From a virus, in the IMG/VR virus record IMGVR_UViG_3300021512_000003, positions 17,889-81,888 of that record: DNA of 64,000 nt. The stretch is one strand, 5' to 3'. How positions within the stretch are numbered: position 1 is the first letter of the stretch; each line of letters opens with the position of its first letter. The notes under the pieces are model-generated. The model had not been told where the DNA came from. It ran no database searches and worked only from the letters and a program-made list of their open reading frames with translations. Positions 31,019-41,073 of this stretch are shown one piece after another. The translations under genes and the position numbers were made by a program.

Positions 31019-31218
31019 ATAATAACCAAGAACCTAGGAGGTTCTAAATACGAAACCAATAAACCACCTAAACTATAAAACGATTGAGAAAGACCTCAAC
31101 CAAGCACTACAATCCCACATCTCTTACGAAGATTGGATGGAGTTTATTGTAAGACTTGTAGGCGGCTCGGAAGACATCTACCAGATCAACTACATACTTC
31201 CAACCAGTGCTGGTATTA

Positions 31219-31431
31219 CTACAGAAGTTCCGCTTGCAGAAGCAACTTCTTTATACGTGGGTATAATTCGTCTTGTTGCTCCTCCGCAAGTGTGAGTACA
31301 TCCCTGAAAACTTGCTTATCCTCACTACCGTCTGCAAGGAGGATTTTGGGGACGAGGAGGTAATCTACCTCTCCATTGATATGCCTCTTTATGTTGTCCA
31401 GAACTCCTTGAAGTAAAAGTGTATCTATCAT
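31219..31431 (-). CDS. cassette gene, hypothetical
   Basis: 70 aa with a GAGG RBS, between site A and attC 31458. Confidence 0.55.
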   Translation of the reverse strand: MIDTLLLQGVLDNIKRHINGEVDYLLVPKILLADGSEDKQVFRDVLTLAEEQQDELYPRIKKLLLQAELL

Positions 31432-31457
31432 ATCTCTGTCCTCTTATCTAAAATTAT

Positions 31458-31515
31458 TTCTAACAAGTTAATGTTGTCGGAATTGCTACGCAATCCGCAA
31501 ATTAAGACGTTATGT
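31458..31515 (+). repeat. attC-like site
   Basis: TTCTAAC AAGTTAATGTTG..ATTGC TAC GCAAT..CAAATTAAGAC GTTATGT hairpin. Confidence 0.8.
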
Positions 31516-31516
31516 G

Positions 31517-31891
31517 TCAGTACTGCTCTCTCATTTGCTGTCGAAGTTGCACAATTTCATTCTTCAGCTTCTCATTTTCCTCCACCAAATCTTGATTCAA
31601 GTCTTTAACTACCTCATCCTTATGGTTGGAGTAAATAGCTTGGCGCAACTCCTTGTAATCATACGTGTGGTTAGCCCTCCCCCCACGGTATCCTTTAAAT
31701 CCATCCATCAAGGCGTTTCGGTAATTTGTCCAGTGATCAGAGTCAACGTAATAACTGACATCAGTATATAAATCGCCCAATACCTCATTCATCAAAGCTA
31801 CAAGTTTGGGTTTAAAGCTGTCCATTATTTTCTGTGCTTCTTCTTTCCCTTGCTCTGTAAGTTCTGGGTATAAAGGATAATCTTCACTCAT
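31517..31891 (-). CDS. cassette gene, hypothetical phage protein
   Basis: 124 aa; unit bounded by GTTATGTG and CACATAAC. Confidence 0.7.
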   Translation of the reverse strand: MSEDYPLYPELTEQGKEEAQKIMDSFKPKLVALMNEVLGDLYTDVSYYVDSDHWTNYRNALMDGFKGYRGGRANHTYDYKELRQAIYSNHKDEVVKDLNQDLVEENEKLKNEIVQLRQQMREQY

Positions 31892-31914
31892 TTTAATCTC
31901 TCCCGTTTAATCGC

Positions 31915-31978
31915 ACATAACAAAGCACTGAAAAATCGGACTGGCAGAAGAGCCAGCCACTTACAATAGGCGCTATAC
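31915..31978 (+). repeat. degenerate attC-like site (R' GTT changed to GCT)
   Basis: ACATAAC AAAGC...CTGGC..GCCAG...AGGC GCTATAC. Confidence 0.6.
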
Positions 31979-31997
31979 AGCCGCCTGTTACTAACAC

Positions 31998-32207
31998 TTA
32001 TGTATTTGACGGTTCAACTTCTTCGCTAAACTGTAACCCGTATGTAGCACATTCTGTGCAAATTTCAGTTTGAATGTACTCACCTTCTCGGTCGTTAGTT
32101 GTGTTCAGCCCATATCTGCTTACCCTAAAAACTGAGTCGCAGTTGATGCACTTTGCTATATAAGCTCTTTTGTGCTTATTACTATGCCTAATTAACTCCA
32201 CTATCAA
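31998..32207 (-). CDS. small zinc-ribbon protein
   Basis: CINC...CTEC. Confidence 0.55.
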   Translation of the reverse strand: MIVELIRHSNKHKRAYIAKCINCDSVFRVSRYGLNTTNDREGEYIQTEICTECATYGLQFSEEVEPSNT

Positions 32208-32769
32208 AACCTCTACTGGTAATATAACAACGGGCTGTTTTGTCTCTCACTTCATACCCCTCACATAACAAAGCGGCTCTTAGCATCTTGATAGTGTCTT
32301 TAATCCTCCTGATAGAGGGGAGCTTCCTGTATTGTGTAAATTTGTGAACCTCTCCAACAGACTCGTATATCCAACCATCACATCTAATTTTAAAACAATC
32401 ACCAACCTTTATACATTGTACCACAAGGTCTGGCTTTTGTGTTATGTGTTTTCTTGCTTTCTTCTTCAGAGTCACCACCGTCAAGAAACATGTTATCGTA
32501 GTGTTGATGAGGTAAAACAACCACAGAATCACAGGCATTACAGACACCAACCAGTCTTACAAGTCCAGAGCCATCACTAAAAGGTGTATTTCTTAATTGA
32601 AATGTTACATTTTGAAATGACTTGCAAGGACTACAAGCTGCTCTTTTAGTGTCTCCAACCTTCAATGTTTGCTGCATATCTTTGTTGTTAAAACTCAAAC
32701 CCACCCCTCTACTTGTACCATTGTTGTTTGACGTATCTTCATAAAACAAGAGTATAGCACACTTAAAAA

Positions 32770-35280
32770 TTAATGACAATCCTTCCAGCTTCCTCCAATA
32801 ACGTATCCTGCTGTTAGTGGTACGTTTAGATTAAAATGCTTCCCAGCCTCATTTACAGATTGTGCTGCAAGCTCTCCTGTTGGAGAATAAGCAATATAGT
32901 AATCATCTTTCTTCCCTTTTTTTATGTCACTCCACATAATACCACCTTTCTCCTCTATTGTCTTGAAATTAATTGCTTCTTTTTCTGTAGGAAATGTCCT
33001 TATGTCTACTAATTCTTTACTTACACTATTCTGCCCTTCATCGTGATAAGCAATAGACTGCATGGAACACTTCTTCTTTGTTACATCCTCTTTAAATGGA
33101 TTACCAGAGTAGCCTAGTGCTTTATATTTCCTGTCTAGCCACACCATAGCCCACTTCATGCAGATAACACCTGCTGACTGGAACTTCACATTCAAAAGTG
33201 AGTGTTGACTCCTCGTAGGTAGTTGTCTACCATCTATTGCTGTAAGGAATTTCTTATTATTTGTACTCCACTCTGATTCAACTTGTTGTTTGTATATCGC
33301 AAGAGGTAGTGCATCTTCCCAGAAACTCTCGACCTCTTTCTTCCCTTTTGCCAAGCTCCAGTTCATTTGCTTTGCAGCCCCTGCTGCTGAAGAGCCGTAA
33401 GTTAGTGAGTATTTTAATGTCTTACTGTCATCTCTACTAATACCTTTACTCTCTGCTCTTCTCGAATGAAGGTCCTGTGGCTTCTTAGCTATGAGGGATG
33501 TACAATATGGGTGGCCTTCTGTATCACAGTTCCAAACGTAGTGCCCCTCTATCCTAGCCTCTAGACCATCAGCATCGTACCCCTCTAAGAAAGCGTACCT
33601 TGGGTCTGCCATGAAGAGTGCTCTCATGTGTTCTCCGTACAGACTACTGCTTCGAGGTACGTTAGCTACCCCCTTATGCTGGAATCTTGAGGTAGCACAA
33701 CCACAGGGGTCTGCTGGGGTGGGTATGCGTCCGTCTATGGCTAACCTGCCATGTGAGAGCCACCCTGTAATCCTCTTCTTCTTTTCACTGGCAGGGGAGT
33801 AGATAGAGTTCTTCCTGTGTCTGTATGTAAGCCACTCTACGATGTGCTTTACATACCACACTTTCCTACCTAGCCTTACGAGGTTATCACACAACTCTTT
33901 GTCTGCATTCTTAGTGAAGACAGGGAGGCCAACAACCTTTAATGGTTTGTTGAGTTTATGCTTCAGAAGCTTCTCTCTAAGGCCACTAGGTCTCACTCTC
34001 AAATTAGCACACCTCTCTTTCTCGAAAGGTGTACCTATTGTGGCCTCAATATACCTATCTACAGCAGCTTCAAACTTCTCTTGTGTCAGCTTCTTCTTCT
34101 TACTATCCAGTGTTAGGTCTTTGTCTTTCCAGTTCAGAGGGTTCCACCCCAGTGTTATTAGGTATGCCTTAATGTCTTCTTGGTGAGACAGTAGCATTGG
34201 CTCTGTAGTAACAAGAGACTCTCCCTCTGGTAAGGGGAGATCCCACATCTTATTAAAGATCTCAACCTTTCTTGGAAGGATAAGGGTTTTCTTTACTCTC
34301 TTGCCTACCTCTCTTTCTTCGTGAGCTACAACCCTACCTCCGTGCTTTTCTAAGAATTTAGCTAGATTAGCAGACATAGTACCGTCCCCAACAAATTGTC
34401 CTTTTGGAGGTATGAACTTTTTAGCTTCTGTCTTCCCTATCTTTTTTGGTGGTAGGAGGTGTTCTACATCTTGCTCTATCTTATCCATTTTCTGTGTAAG
34501 ATCTTTTACGCACCACTCAGCAAGCTTAATATTGAACTTAAAGCCGAAGTGTTCTTGTCTTGTTATAACCTCTGCTACAGCCTTCTCTAACTTGTAAGCC
34601 TCACCCCAAGACCACGTACCCCACTCCTTCTGGAGCATCTTGTACACTGCTAGGTTAGCTATACAGTCTTGGATGTTGTAGTAGAGCATGTCTGCACCAA
34701 ACCACGTAAACCTGTCCTCGTCCCACTCTTTTCCATGTCTGAACTCAACCTTAAAAGAGCCTGCTGCTTGAGACATCTTTGCAAGGGAATGTCCACACCA
34801 CCTATCTGGGTTTAACACTTTAGACATAACAAGTGTGTCGTGAATGTATACGTCTTTACCACCTACCGTGTCAGACTCTTCTTTATTGAAGCCAACAGTG
34901 TATGGTTGGTCATAAAGTAGGTCCATTAAGAGAAGGTCGTAGTTAATAATGTTATGACCTATAAGCATCTTTGCCTCGTCTTTGATGAAGGCAGGCACCT
35001 CGCTTAGTGGGTAGTGTGTGTATTCATACTGTGTGTAGTGCTCTAGTGGCACAGTGAGTCCATTCGGGTATGTTGTGGTGTGAGATCTACCGTCAAACAG
35101 TATCTTGTCACCATCACAAAATGCAAACAACTCAGAAGTGGTTGTGTCAAGAAATACAAAGCAATGTGCCTTAAAAGAGGGAAGAAGCTTATATGGCATT
35201 TTGCTGTAGTCAATAGACTCATAATTGAGTAGGTTATTAGCTTCTGCATCAAATATTAACTTCCTTCCTGACATATTCAT
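32770..35280 (-). CDS. DNA polymerase, family A (T7-like) with a 3'-5' exonuclease domain
   Basis: FDAE, GHNIINYD, YNIQD; motif A DADGLEARI; motif B RDDSKTLKYSLTYG; motif C YHDE. Confidence 0.95.
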   Translation of the reverse strand: MNMSGRKLIFDAEANNLLNYESIDYSKMPYKLLPSFKAHCFVFLDTTTSELFAFCDGDKILFDGRSHTTTYPNGLTVPLEHYTQYEYTHYPLSEVPAFIKDEAKMLIGHNIINYDLLLMDLLYDQPYTVGFNKEESDTVGGKDVYIHDTLVMSKVLNPDRWCGHSLAKMSQAAGSFKVEFRHGKEWDEDRFTWFGADMLYYNIQDCIANLAVYKMLQKEWGTWSWGEAYKLEKAVAEVITRQEHFGFKFNIKLAEWCVKDLTQKMDKIEQDVEHLLPPKKIGKTEAKKFIPPKGQFVGDGTMSANLAKFLEKHGGRVVAHEEREVGKRVKKTLILPRKVEIFNKMWDLPLPEGESLVTTEPMLLSHQEDIKAYLITLGWNPLNWKDKDLTLDSKKKKLTQEKFEAAVDRYIEATIGTPFEKERCANLRVRPSGLREKLLKHKLNKPLKVVGLPVFTKNADKELCDNLVRLGRKVWYVKHIVEWLTYRHRKNSIYSPASEKKKRITGWLSHGRLAIDGRIPTPADPCGCATSRFQHKGVANVPRSSSLYGEHMRALFMADPRYAFLEGYDADGLEARIEGHYVWNCDTEGHPYCTSLIAKKPQDLHSRRAESKGISRDDSKTLKYSLTYGSSAAGAAKQMNWSLAKGKKEVESFWEDALPLAIYKQQVESEWSTNNKKFLTAIDGRQLPTRSQHSLLNVKFQSAGVICMKWAMVWLDRKYKALGYSGNPFKEDVTKKKCSMQSIAYHDEGQNSVSKELVDIRTFPTEKEAINFKTIEEKGGIMWSDIKKGKKDDYYIAYSPTGELAAQSVNEAGKHFNLNVPLTAGYVIGGSWKDCH

Positions 35281-35330
35281 AACCTATAGTTAAAGTAACA
35301 AGCTCCTGCACTGTTTTGCAACTTGTGCAT

Positions 35331-35672
35331 TTAGTCGTGCTTTGCCTCTTCCAAGTTAGCCAAGGCTGCTGCCAACTCATCTTCAAAGTAATGCTTACCT
35401 CCAATCAACACTGTACTTCGCAAGTCTTCTCCACACAACCACCCTATGTCAATGTCTGCACCAATGTCTTCACTAAAGACAACTCCACTGTTACTAGAAA
35501 GGATTTTTCCAGTAACACCTGTAAATAAAAAACATTTATCCGTATGACGGAAACGCTTACCACCCATAGACCACCTATACCCAAGGACAAATAAGCGCTC
35601 TTGTATAACCTTACTCACTTCCTTGTCGTAACCAATGTTAAACTTCATATTTTTAAATTCAAACATATACAC
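35331..35672 (-). CDS. hypothetical phage protein
   Basis: IQERLFVLGYRW; GAGG RBS. Confidence 0.6.
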   Translation of the reverse strand: MYMFEFKNMKFNIGYDKEVSKVIQERLFVLGYRWSMGGKRFRHTDKCFLFTGVTGKILSSNSGVVFSEDIGADIDIGWLCGEDLRSTVLIGGKHYFEDELAAALANLEEAKHD

Positions 35673-35973
35673 CTCTTATTTTATGTGATCTGTTGTACTG
35701 TGGGTACAAGCATAGCATACAGTACTGTGCGACACAAGTACGTTCCTTTTTCCTTACCTTTGGTAACCCGTTGTGCCATCTCTTAACTCTCTTATTAACC
35801 TGATAGCTTTATTTAACTTTAGGAAGACATCGGCAGCTACCTCTACATCGCACAACAAGTAGATAGATTGCTGCGTCTCCCTTAGCTCTGCAATAAAATC
35901 ATCTATCTCATTTTGTTGTTTTGTCATCACACTGCCTCTTGTTAAGTGTTAGTTGGTTTCACTCTAACCGGTG

Positions 35974-36735
35974 TTAAGCATACTGACTAATTCCCTCTTC
36001 ACACCACACATCACTCGACCCATCAAGACTAGCATGAGCAACCTTGTCAATAAAACTGTACTCCTCCTCACCCTGAAACTCTGAGACAAACTTGTACTTT
36101 CTTATAGCCATATACTTTGCTTCGTTCTTCATCATTGTAAAAAGTAGACCTTCCGATGTGTCTTCATTCTCAATGAAGCCTAAAGGTACTCTCTGAATAA
36201 ACTTTGTGGCAGCAAGCCAGTACGCTTCACTTACCTCTACCTCAGACAGATTAAACCTTCTAGTAACCATGTGCGGCATAGACAGTGCCCATCTTCCAAT
36301 TTCTTTTTCTAAAGGGGTTTTATTTAATAGACAATGCTGGTAACAGGCTTTCCCTAGAACACTCTTGAACTTACTGTAGTGCTGTAATGTCCTGTGATCA
36401 GCTACAGTGTTAAAATCATACAGCCCCGCCAAATTCTCAGCCCGACAGTTCAGCGTATCCTTATCTCTAAAAACTATCTTACTGCAATCTGAGTCAGGTA
36501 GGAAGTGTTTTGCAACAAGAGTGTGTACGAACACATTAAACACTCTCCCTTGTGTTGTTTTGCGGCTTAAAAACACCCTAAGCCTTGGGCTAGAGTTCTT
36601 GCGCCTTTTGCTTATATAAGGTTTCAACACCTTCTCTCCAAACTTCTTTGTCCAACTCATAACTCTACCAAGACTGCTGATATAGGCGTTATCTATTCCG
36701 TTAATAGCTTTCCACTCTTCACTACTCATAGTCAC
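35974..36735 (-). CDS. NUMOD4/HNH-like protein with a degenerate active site and helical C-terminal domain
   Basis: EEWKAI, YISSLGRV, VHTLVAKHFL; VFRDKDTLNCRAENL where VNH.DG...NN...NL is expected. Confidence 0.7.
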   Translation of the reverse strand: MTMSSEEWKAINGIDNAYISSLGRVMSWTKKFGEKVLKPYISKRRKNSSPRLRVFLSRKTTQGRVFNVFVHTLVAKHFLPDSDCSKIVFRDKDTLNCRAENLAGLYDFNTVADHRTLQHYSKFKSVLGKACYQHCLLNKTPLEKEIGRWALSMPHMVTRRFNLSEVEVSEAYWLAATKFIQRVPLGFIENEDTSEGLLFTMMKNEAKYMAIRKYKFVSEFQGEEEYSFIDKVAHASLDGSSDVWCEEGISQYA

Positions 36736-36744
36736 CTCTTACAA

Positions 36745-37020
36745 TTAAAACTCTGGTCTACACCCTTCACCATCACTCTCTTGTGCAGATGTATGCTTGT
36801 TCCTTGCTTCCCACTCTTGTATTGTATCACAATGTACGTCCTCAAGGAAGCCCTCTGGTGGTTCTATAAAGTCTCCTGTTGAGTTATCGTAGAACAAAGG
36901 AACCTTCCCAGTACGCCCATACTTCCTGTCGTCAAGGACTACCAAAGAACGTGTGTTCTTTTCTTTAGTGGTTTGGTCTGGGTCTTTATTCCCCTCTAAG
37001 CCAATCATGTAGTGACAACA
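36745..37020 (-). CDS. primase-helicase exon 2
   Basis: CCHYMIGLEGNKD...LDDRKYGRTG completes the SF4 helicase motif H4 and Arg-finger region. Confidence 0.85.
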   Translation of the reverse strand, partial: CCHYMIGLEGNKDPDQTTKEKNTRSLVVLDDRKYGRTGKVPLFYDNSTGDFIEPPEGFLEDVHCDTIQEWEARNKHTSAQESDGEGCRPEF

Positions 37021-37734
37021 CAAATATGTTCAAGGAGGTTCGCTACTACCTCCCCCGCACCACCTCTTAGGTGCTGCTGCTCTAGCTTTCACTAGAAGTT
37101 CAGACTATATCACCATCTCCTTATAAGAGATGCCTTCCATTTCCACCACCAATAGCTTGTGGTGTACGAGCTTACGCTCTAGTCGTTGAGGTTTACTAAC
37201 TTCTTTGTAGTACCCCTAGCCTTGTACCAAGCATCACCTGAGCAATACAGTGAGTTGGTTACAGCATGTTGTACGTTTTCTTGTTGGGATACTACCTCAA
37301 GATTACTTAAAGAGTTATTTACTGTGTTACCATCTATATGGTTTACAACTTCATTTTTATTAAGTTGTCTACCTATATGTACTGAAGCAATTAACCTATG
37401 TAGCATATAAAGCTTATCTTTTAGCCTTACACGCATATAGGGGTTTTTACTTCTTCCCCAGTGCTTGTAAGGTTTTAACCTCTTAATTTGAGGTTTTCTT
37501 GCTATACTATATATGTTACCTTTTAAGTCTACAAAGTATTTATCCATTTCTGGTACTTGCAGTAAATCTTGTTTTGTTAGTCTTACCTGCTGATTGCCCA
37601 TTGTAACATCCTTTTATTGTTCATCATTGTATCACACATAACTACCAAGCTCTACAACTATAAAAAGGCTTTAGGGGTTTCCAGCAATTAAAAAGGTTTG
37701 CAAAGAGAGTCACCTCTCTAGGGCGCTATTGTTA
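37021..37734 (-). mobile_element. group I intron (714 nt, IA-like) in the primase-helicase gene
   Basis: P1 GCGU/UAACAAUAGCGC with a U-G pair; P AAUUGCUGGAAA; Q AAUCAGCAGG; R UCAACGACUA; S GAUAGUC; terminal G; splicing restores SRSMMR-CCHYMIGLEGN in frame. Confidence 0.9.
37179..37601 (-). CDS. intron-encoded HNH homing endonuclease
   Basis: HRLIA...VNHIDGNTVNNSLSNLEVVSQQENVQHA. Confidence 0.9.
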   Translation of the reverse strand: MGNQQVRLTKQDLLQVPEMDKYFVDLKGNIYSIARKPQIKRLKPYKHWGRSKNPYMRVRLKDKLYMLHRLIASVHIGRQLNKNEVVNHIDGNTVNNSLSNLEVVSQQENVQHAVTNSLYCSGDAWYKARGTTKKLVNLND

Positions 37735-39231
37735 ACGCATCATAGACCTACTACCAGTGAACTGAGAACTATAAACCTTCCCTCCAAACTCATGTGGCTG
37801 GCCTTTATCTGGTGCTTTAAGATGACAGAAGCAATAATAAGTAAAACCTAAATCTATACTCATCTTACTAATCTCATCAGCAAACCTATCAAGCTCCGTG
37901 TTTGCCTCGGAGGGAGTCATCCCTGTTGTAAGCCTGGTTATCGGGTCAATAATGATGTCTTCGCAATGCTCAATAAGAACTGCATGACGTATAGCCCCTT
38001 TCAGCTCATCCCAACTACACCTACCATAGTTATTATACAGGCAAAGACGTGGGCCTGTCTTGTCCGAGGCTGCTATTAAGTCTTCTTGAGTGAAGTAGTT
38101 TGACCTGTCAACAGGAGGGGCTTTCTCTTGGAACTCACCACAATCATCAACATAGAGGACAACCTCCTCTCCTTTCTCATTAAAGAAGATAGCCTTCTCT
38201 GGATTAGTGAAGTCCTTCTTAGACTCCTTACCAGCTACACGGTGAATCGTCTCCGTTGTCGGTTCCTCGAATTTAAACACAGCAACCTTCTGAGGCTTAC
38301 CTAGTGAGTTCTTATCTCGCGCCAATATGTGACTAATTAGTTTATCTGCTAGACAACTCTTGCCCTGCTTCACACCTGCCCCAAAGTAATACCCCTCCCC
38401 CAACCTACGTCCTAATGTAAGTCTTGTTAAAGACCTCCAAGGCCACGTCTTACCTACCACAGGTAACTTATGTGTCTCCTCTCTAATCTCCTCGTAGAGA
38501 GTAAAACCTTCTGGTGTGTACTGGGAAGGCTTCATCAGCATCCAGTAAAGAGCTGTACTCCCCTCTTTCAAGTAGACATCACAAGGGTCACTATCTTCTG
38601 GTAGTTTTGCCACAAGCATATCTGGGAATAGTCCATATACGTCAGCAGTGGCCTCATTGCCTCTCTTTATCTTCTTTAGTCTCTCTTGTGGTGTTGCACT
38701 ATCGTTATCAAAAGCAAACACCTTCTCACTAAATTTATTCAGGTAACGTGTATTTGCTTTCTGTCCTAAGTTCTGAACAGCGTTAGCTGTCCCACAACCA
38801 ATACTTAGTGTGGTGGGATTACCTTTACCTTTGTAACCTTCCTTTAGGCATTGCCACATAAGCATACAATCTATCTCACCCTCACTAACAAATACTTTCT
38901 TCCCCCCAGTCTTATTACCAGATACCAGCCCAAACAAATCGCACTTAACACCGTGATACCCTATAGAGGTGAAGTGGAAGTTACCTTGCTTTGGCTTAGT
39001 CAAGTCTCGCTTCTTATAACCTACAATCCTATCTTCTATTGTGTAGGGGAAGTAGTGAGCTATAGGTGTACGGCCATCACTACTGCTAAGCTCAGTTCTA
39101 ACACCAAAATGCTCTGCTGTCTTTTGTGTGATCTTCCTTTCTTCTATAGGAAGGATAGGAAAGGTGAGTACGTCTGCTAACGTCTGCTCCTTCACTCTCC
39201 CATAGCTTACTCCTGCTGTAGCTTTATTCAT
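37735..39231 (-). CDS. primase-helicase exon 1 (TOPRIM plus SF4 helicase)
   Basis: SEGEID, FDND, Walker A GAGVKQGKS, IIDPIT and CHL; start placed at ATG 39231 (GGAGAG RBS). Confidence 0.92.
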
Positions 39232-39427
39232 CTTCTCTCCTGTTTGGTATGTCATAGTCTCACCTATCCATTAAAGCCTTTTAATTATCTGGTGTGTGTA
39301 TACATAGTTAATACCTTATCGTTAATACCTCATCTTTTTATAATGTACATACTAAGACGTTCTCTAAAACCGTACAGTATTCTTGTTCCTCTGTTAGCCT
39401 TACCACAGGCTTACTACTACTGGTTTG

Positions 39428-39484
39428 TAAGTGCTTGATTTTACTCCTACGACCTTGCGTAGTCTGTATAGTCCAGTGTTATAA
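39428..39484 (+). other. attI-like site B
   Basis: Ungapped match to sites A and C with identical core GTAGTCTGTATAGTCCAGTGTTAT; GTT at 39478; IHF consensus at 39428-39440. Confidence 0.7.
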
Positions 39485-39486
39485 AC

Positions 39487-39687
39487 CTAATCATTGTTAG
39501 GTTTTGGCTTAAAGTCACCATCAGCATCGCAATGCTCAGGTGGCCACCCATGCTTTCTAATATTCATCGCTCTAAGCGGATACTTTATTAAATACCTATA
39601 GAGCGTCTCAAGCATTAACCCAATACCCACAATAATAAAAAATGTAAGAACTGGACTGTCGCTCATAAATTCATAAATTGTTGTCAT
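39487..39687 (-). CDS. cassette gene, small membrane protein
   Basis: One TM helix, then HGWPPEHCDADGDF; unit ends GTTATAAACC and GGTTTATAAC. Confidence 0.7.
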   Translation of the reverse strand: MTTIYEFMSDSPVLTFFIIVGIGLMLETLYRYLIKYPLRAMNIRKHGWPPEHCDADGDFKPKPNND

Positions 39688-39709
39688 ATCTATGGCCTGT
39701 TAAGTCGGT

Positions 39710-39781
39710 TTATAACAAAGCAGTCAAGCTGACAGTCTCTACGCTGCGCTTCGTTCCTGCCGCTTACTTATTGCGTTATGT
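39710..39781 (+). repeat. attC-like site
   Basis: TTATAAC AAAGC AGTCAAGC...GCTTACT TATTGC GTTATGT; extra C in L''. Confidence 0.9.
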
Positions 39782-40468
39782 TGCACTAATTCTATCTTGT
39801 GCAATCTTAAAGTATTCTTCATCTAGCTCAATGCCAATAAACTTACGACCAAGGTTTTTACAAGCTACGCCTGTGCTACCGCTACCTAAAAACGGGTCGA
39901 GTATTGTTGCACCTTTATCACTAAACTTTATCAATAGGTATTCCAATAAATCAACTGGCTTTTGTGTTGGGTGTAATTTATTGCCAGTTCTATTGAACTT
40001 TAAAATATTAGGATCACGCTTACCGTTTATAAGTCTACGTCCTTTCTGTATAAAAATAATCATTTCATACTTTGGTGCAAAGTCGGCTTTTAAATCACCC
40101 ATACTAGTGTTGTTCTTTTCCCATATAAGTATATTCTTTATTTTAAATTTTTGCTCTAGTGCTTGCTTGAATTTATCAATATTATGAAAGCTACAAAAAA
40201 CATAATGCGCCGTATTGTCCGCAGCAACTCTAAATAATTCATCAATCCAAACATCAAGCCATCTTAAGTCTTTATCGTTTTTTATCTTACTGTATTTCTC
40301 AATCCTATAGTTACTCTGAAACTCCATACCATATGGCGGGTCGGTCAATATCATATCAACTGAACCATCAGGTATTTCTTTCATTCTTTCTAAGCAGTCT
40401 CCTTGCATCAACCAAGGATTTAGATCTTCTTTTTCTATATCTGCTAGTCGTTCATTTTTGTAGTGCAT
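39776..40468 (-). CDS. cassette-borne DNA adenine methyltransferase (N6/N4 family, beta class)
   Basis: TDPPY, HPTQKP and LDPFLGSGST; stop codon lies inside the attC GTTA. Confidence 0.92.
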   Translation of the reverse strand: MHYKNERLADIEKEDLNPWLMQGDCLERMKEIPDGSVDMILTDPPYGMEFQSNYRIEKYSKIKNDKDLRWLDVWIDELFRVAADNTAHYVFCSFHNIDKFKQALEQKFKIKNILIWEKNNTSMGDLKADFAPKYEMIIFIQKGRRLINGKRDPNILKFNRTGNKLHPTQKPVDLLEYLLIKFSDKGATILDPFLGSGSTGVACKNLGRKFIGIELDEEYFKIAQDRISAT

Positions 40469-40493
40469 TTTAATCTTTCCTTTAGTTCGTGCA

Positions 40494-40569
40494 ATATAAC
40501 AACAATTTCAAAAAGACACGTACAGTTTGTTCCAAACGTGCCCTTAGCATTTTAAATTAAGGGTTATGT
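40494..40569 (+). repeat. attC-like site
   Basis: ATATAAC AACAA TTTCAAAA..CACGT..ACGTG..TTTTAAA TTAAGG GTTATGT. Confidence 0.75.
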
Positions 40570-40584
40570 TACTAAACCAAGCGT

Positions 40585-40973
40585 TTACCAACTACATAAA
40601 TCATGCTGTTTATTTAGAGAGTGCATCTCTACATCTTCGCACGTCTCAATATCAAACATTCCAATATGGCAATCACTTGGCTCAATATTTAAAGTCTCAG
40701 CTAGCCATTTGTATGCTTCTTTTCTTTTCATATCTCCAAATTTCCATAATGGATCAAAGGCTCTATGCGCTGCGCTTTTTGCTTTTCTTAGCTCTTTATT
40801 TGCCAACCTACCTAATGGCTTTGTTGTTCCTTTGTGTGTACCAACGTAGGCATCACAACCAACACAAGAGTAAAAACTCAAGCTAAATAAATCCTTTCGG
40901 TGTGGGTAAACTTCCTTTCCTGTAACTGCCTTTGAGAATTGTTTGCAGTATGGGCATGTTGGTGTCAAATTCA
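40585..40973 (-). CDS. cassette gene, zinc-finger protein (DUF3268-like)
   Basis: CPYC, C..CDAYVGTH, PLGRLA, AH.AFDPLW and CHIGMFD; start MNLTPTCPYC. Confidence 0.8.
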
Positions 40974-41000
40974 TTCTATCAATCCTTTTTAGTGGTGGTA

Positions 41001-41073
41001 ACATAACAAGGTTTTCAAAGCGGACACATTACAGCGTACCGCTTTCATTTAGCCGTTTAAAACGAGGTTAGGT
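41001..41073 (+). repeat. attC-like site
   Basis: ACATAAC AAGGT TTTCAAAG CGGAC...GCCG TTTAAAA CGAG GTTAGGT. Confidence 0.8.

Noticed and set aside
30993-31020. Entry-site motif as a XerCD dif site
   Set aside because: Only loose resemblance. It lacks the TTATGTTAAAT XerD arm and the 11-6-11 symmetry, and conservation stops just after GTTAT.
31038-31295. Plus-strand open frame in the first cassette of array 1 (..YKTIEKDLNQALQSH..)
   Set aside because: No start codon follows the AGGAGG, and it overlaps the minus-strand gene. It may be a remnant, but I cannot support it.
37732-37734. Stop-codon reassignment or a pseudogene explaining the broken helicase
   Set aside because: The TAA is the first three bases of the group I intron, and other genes read normally in the standard code.
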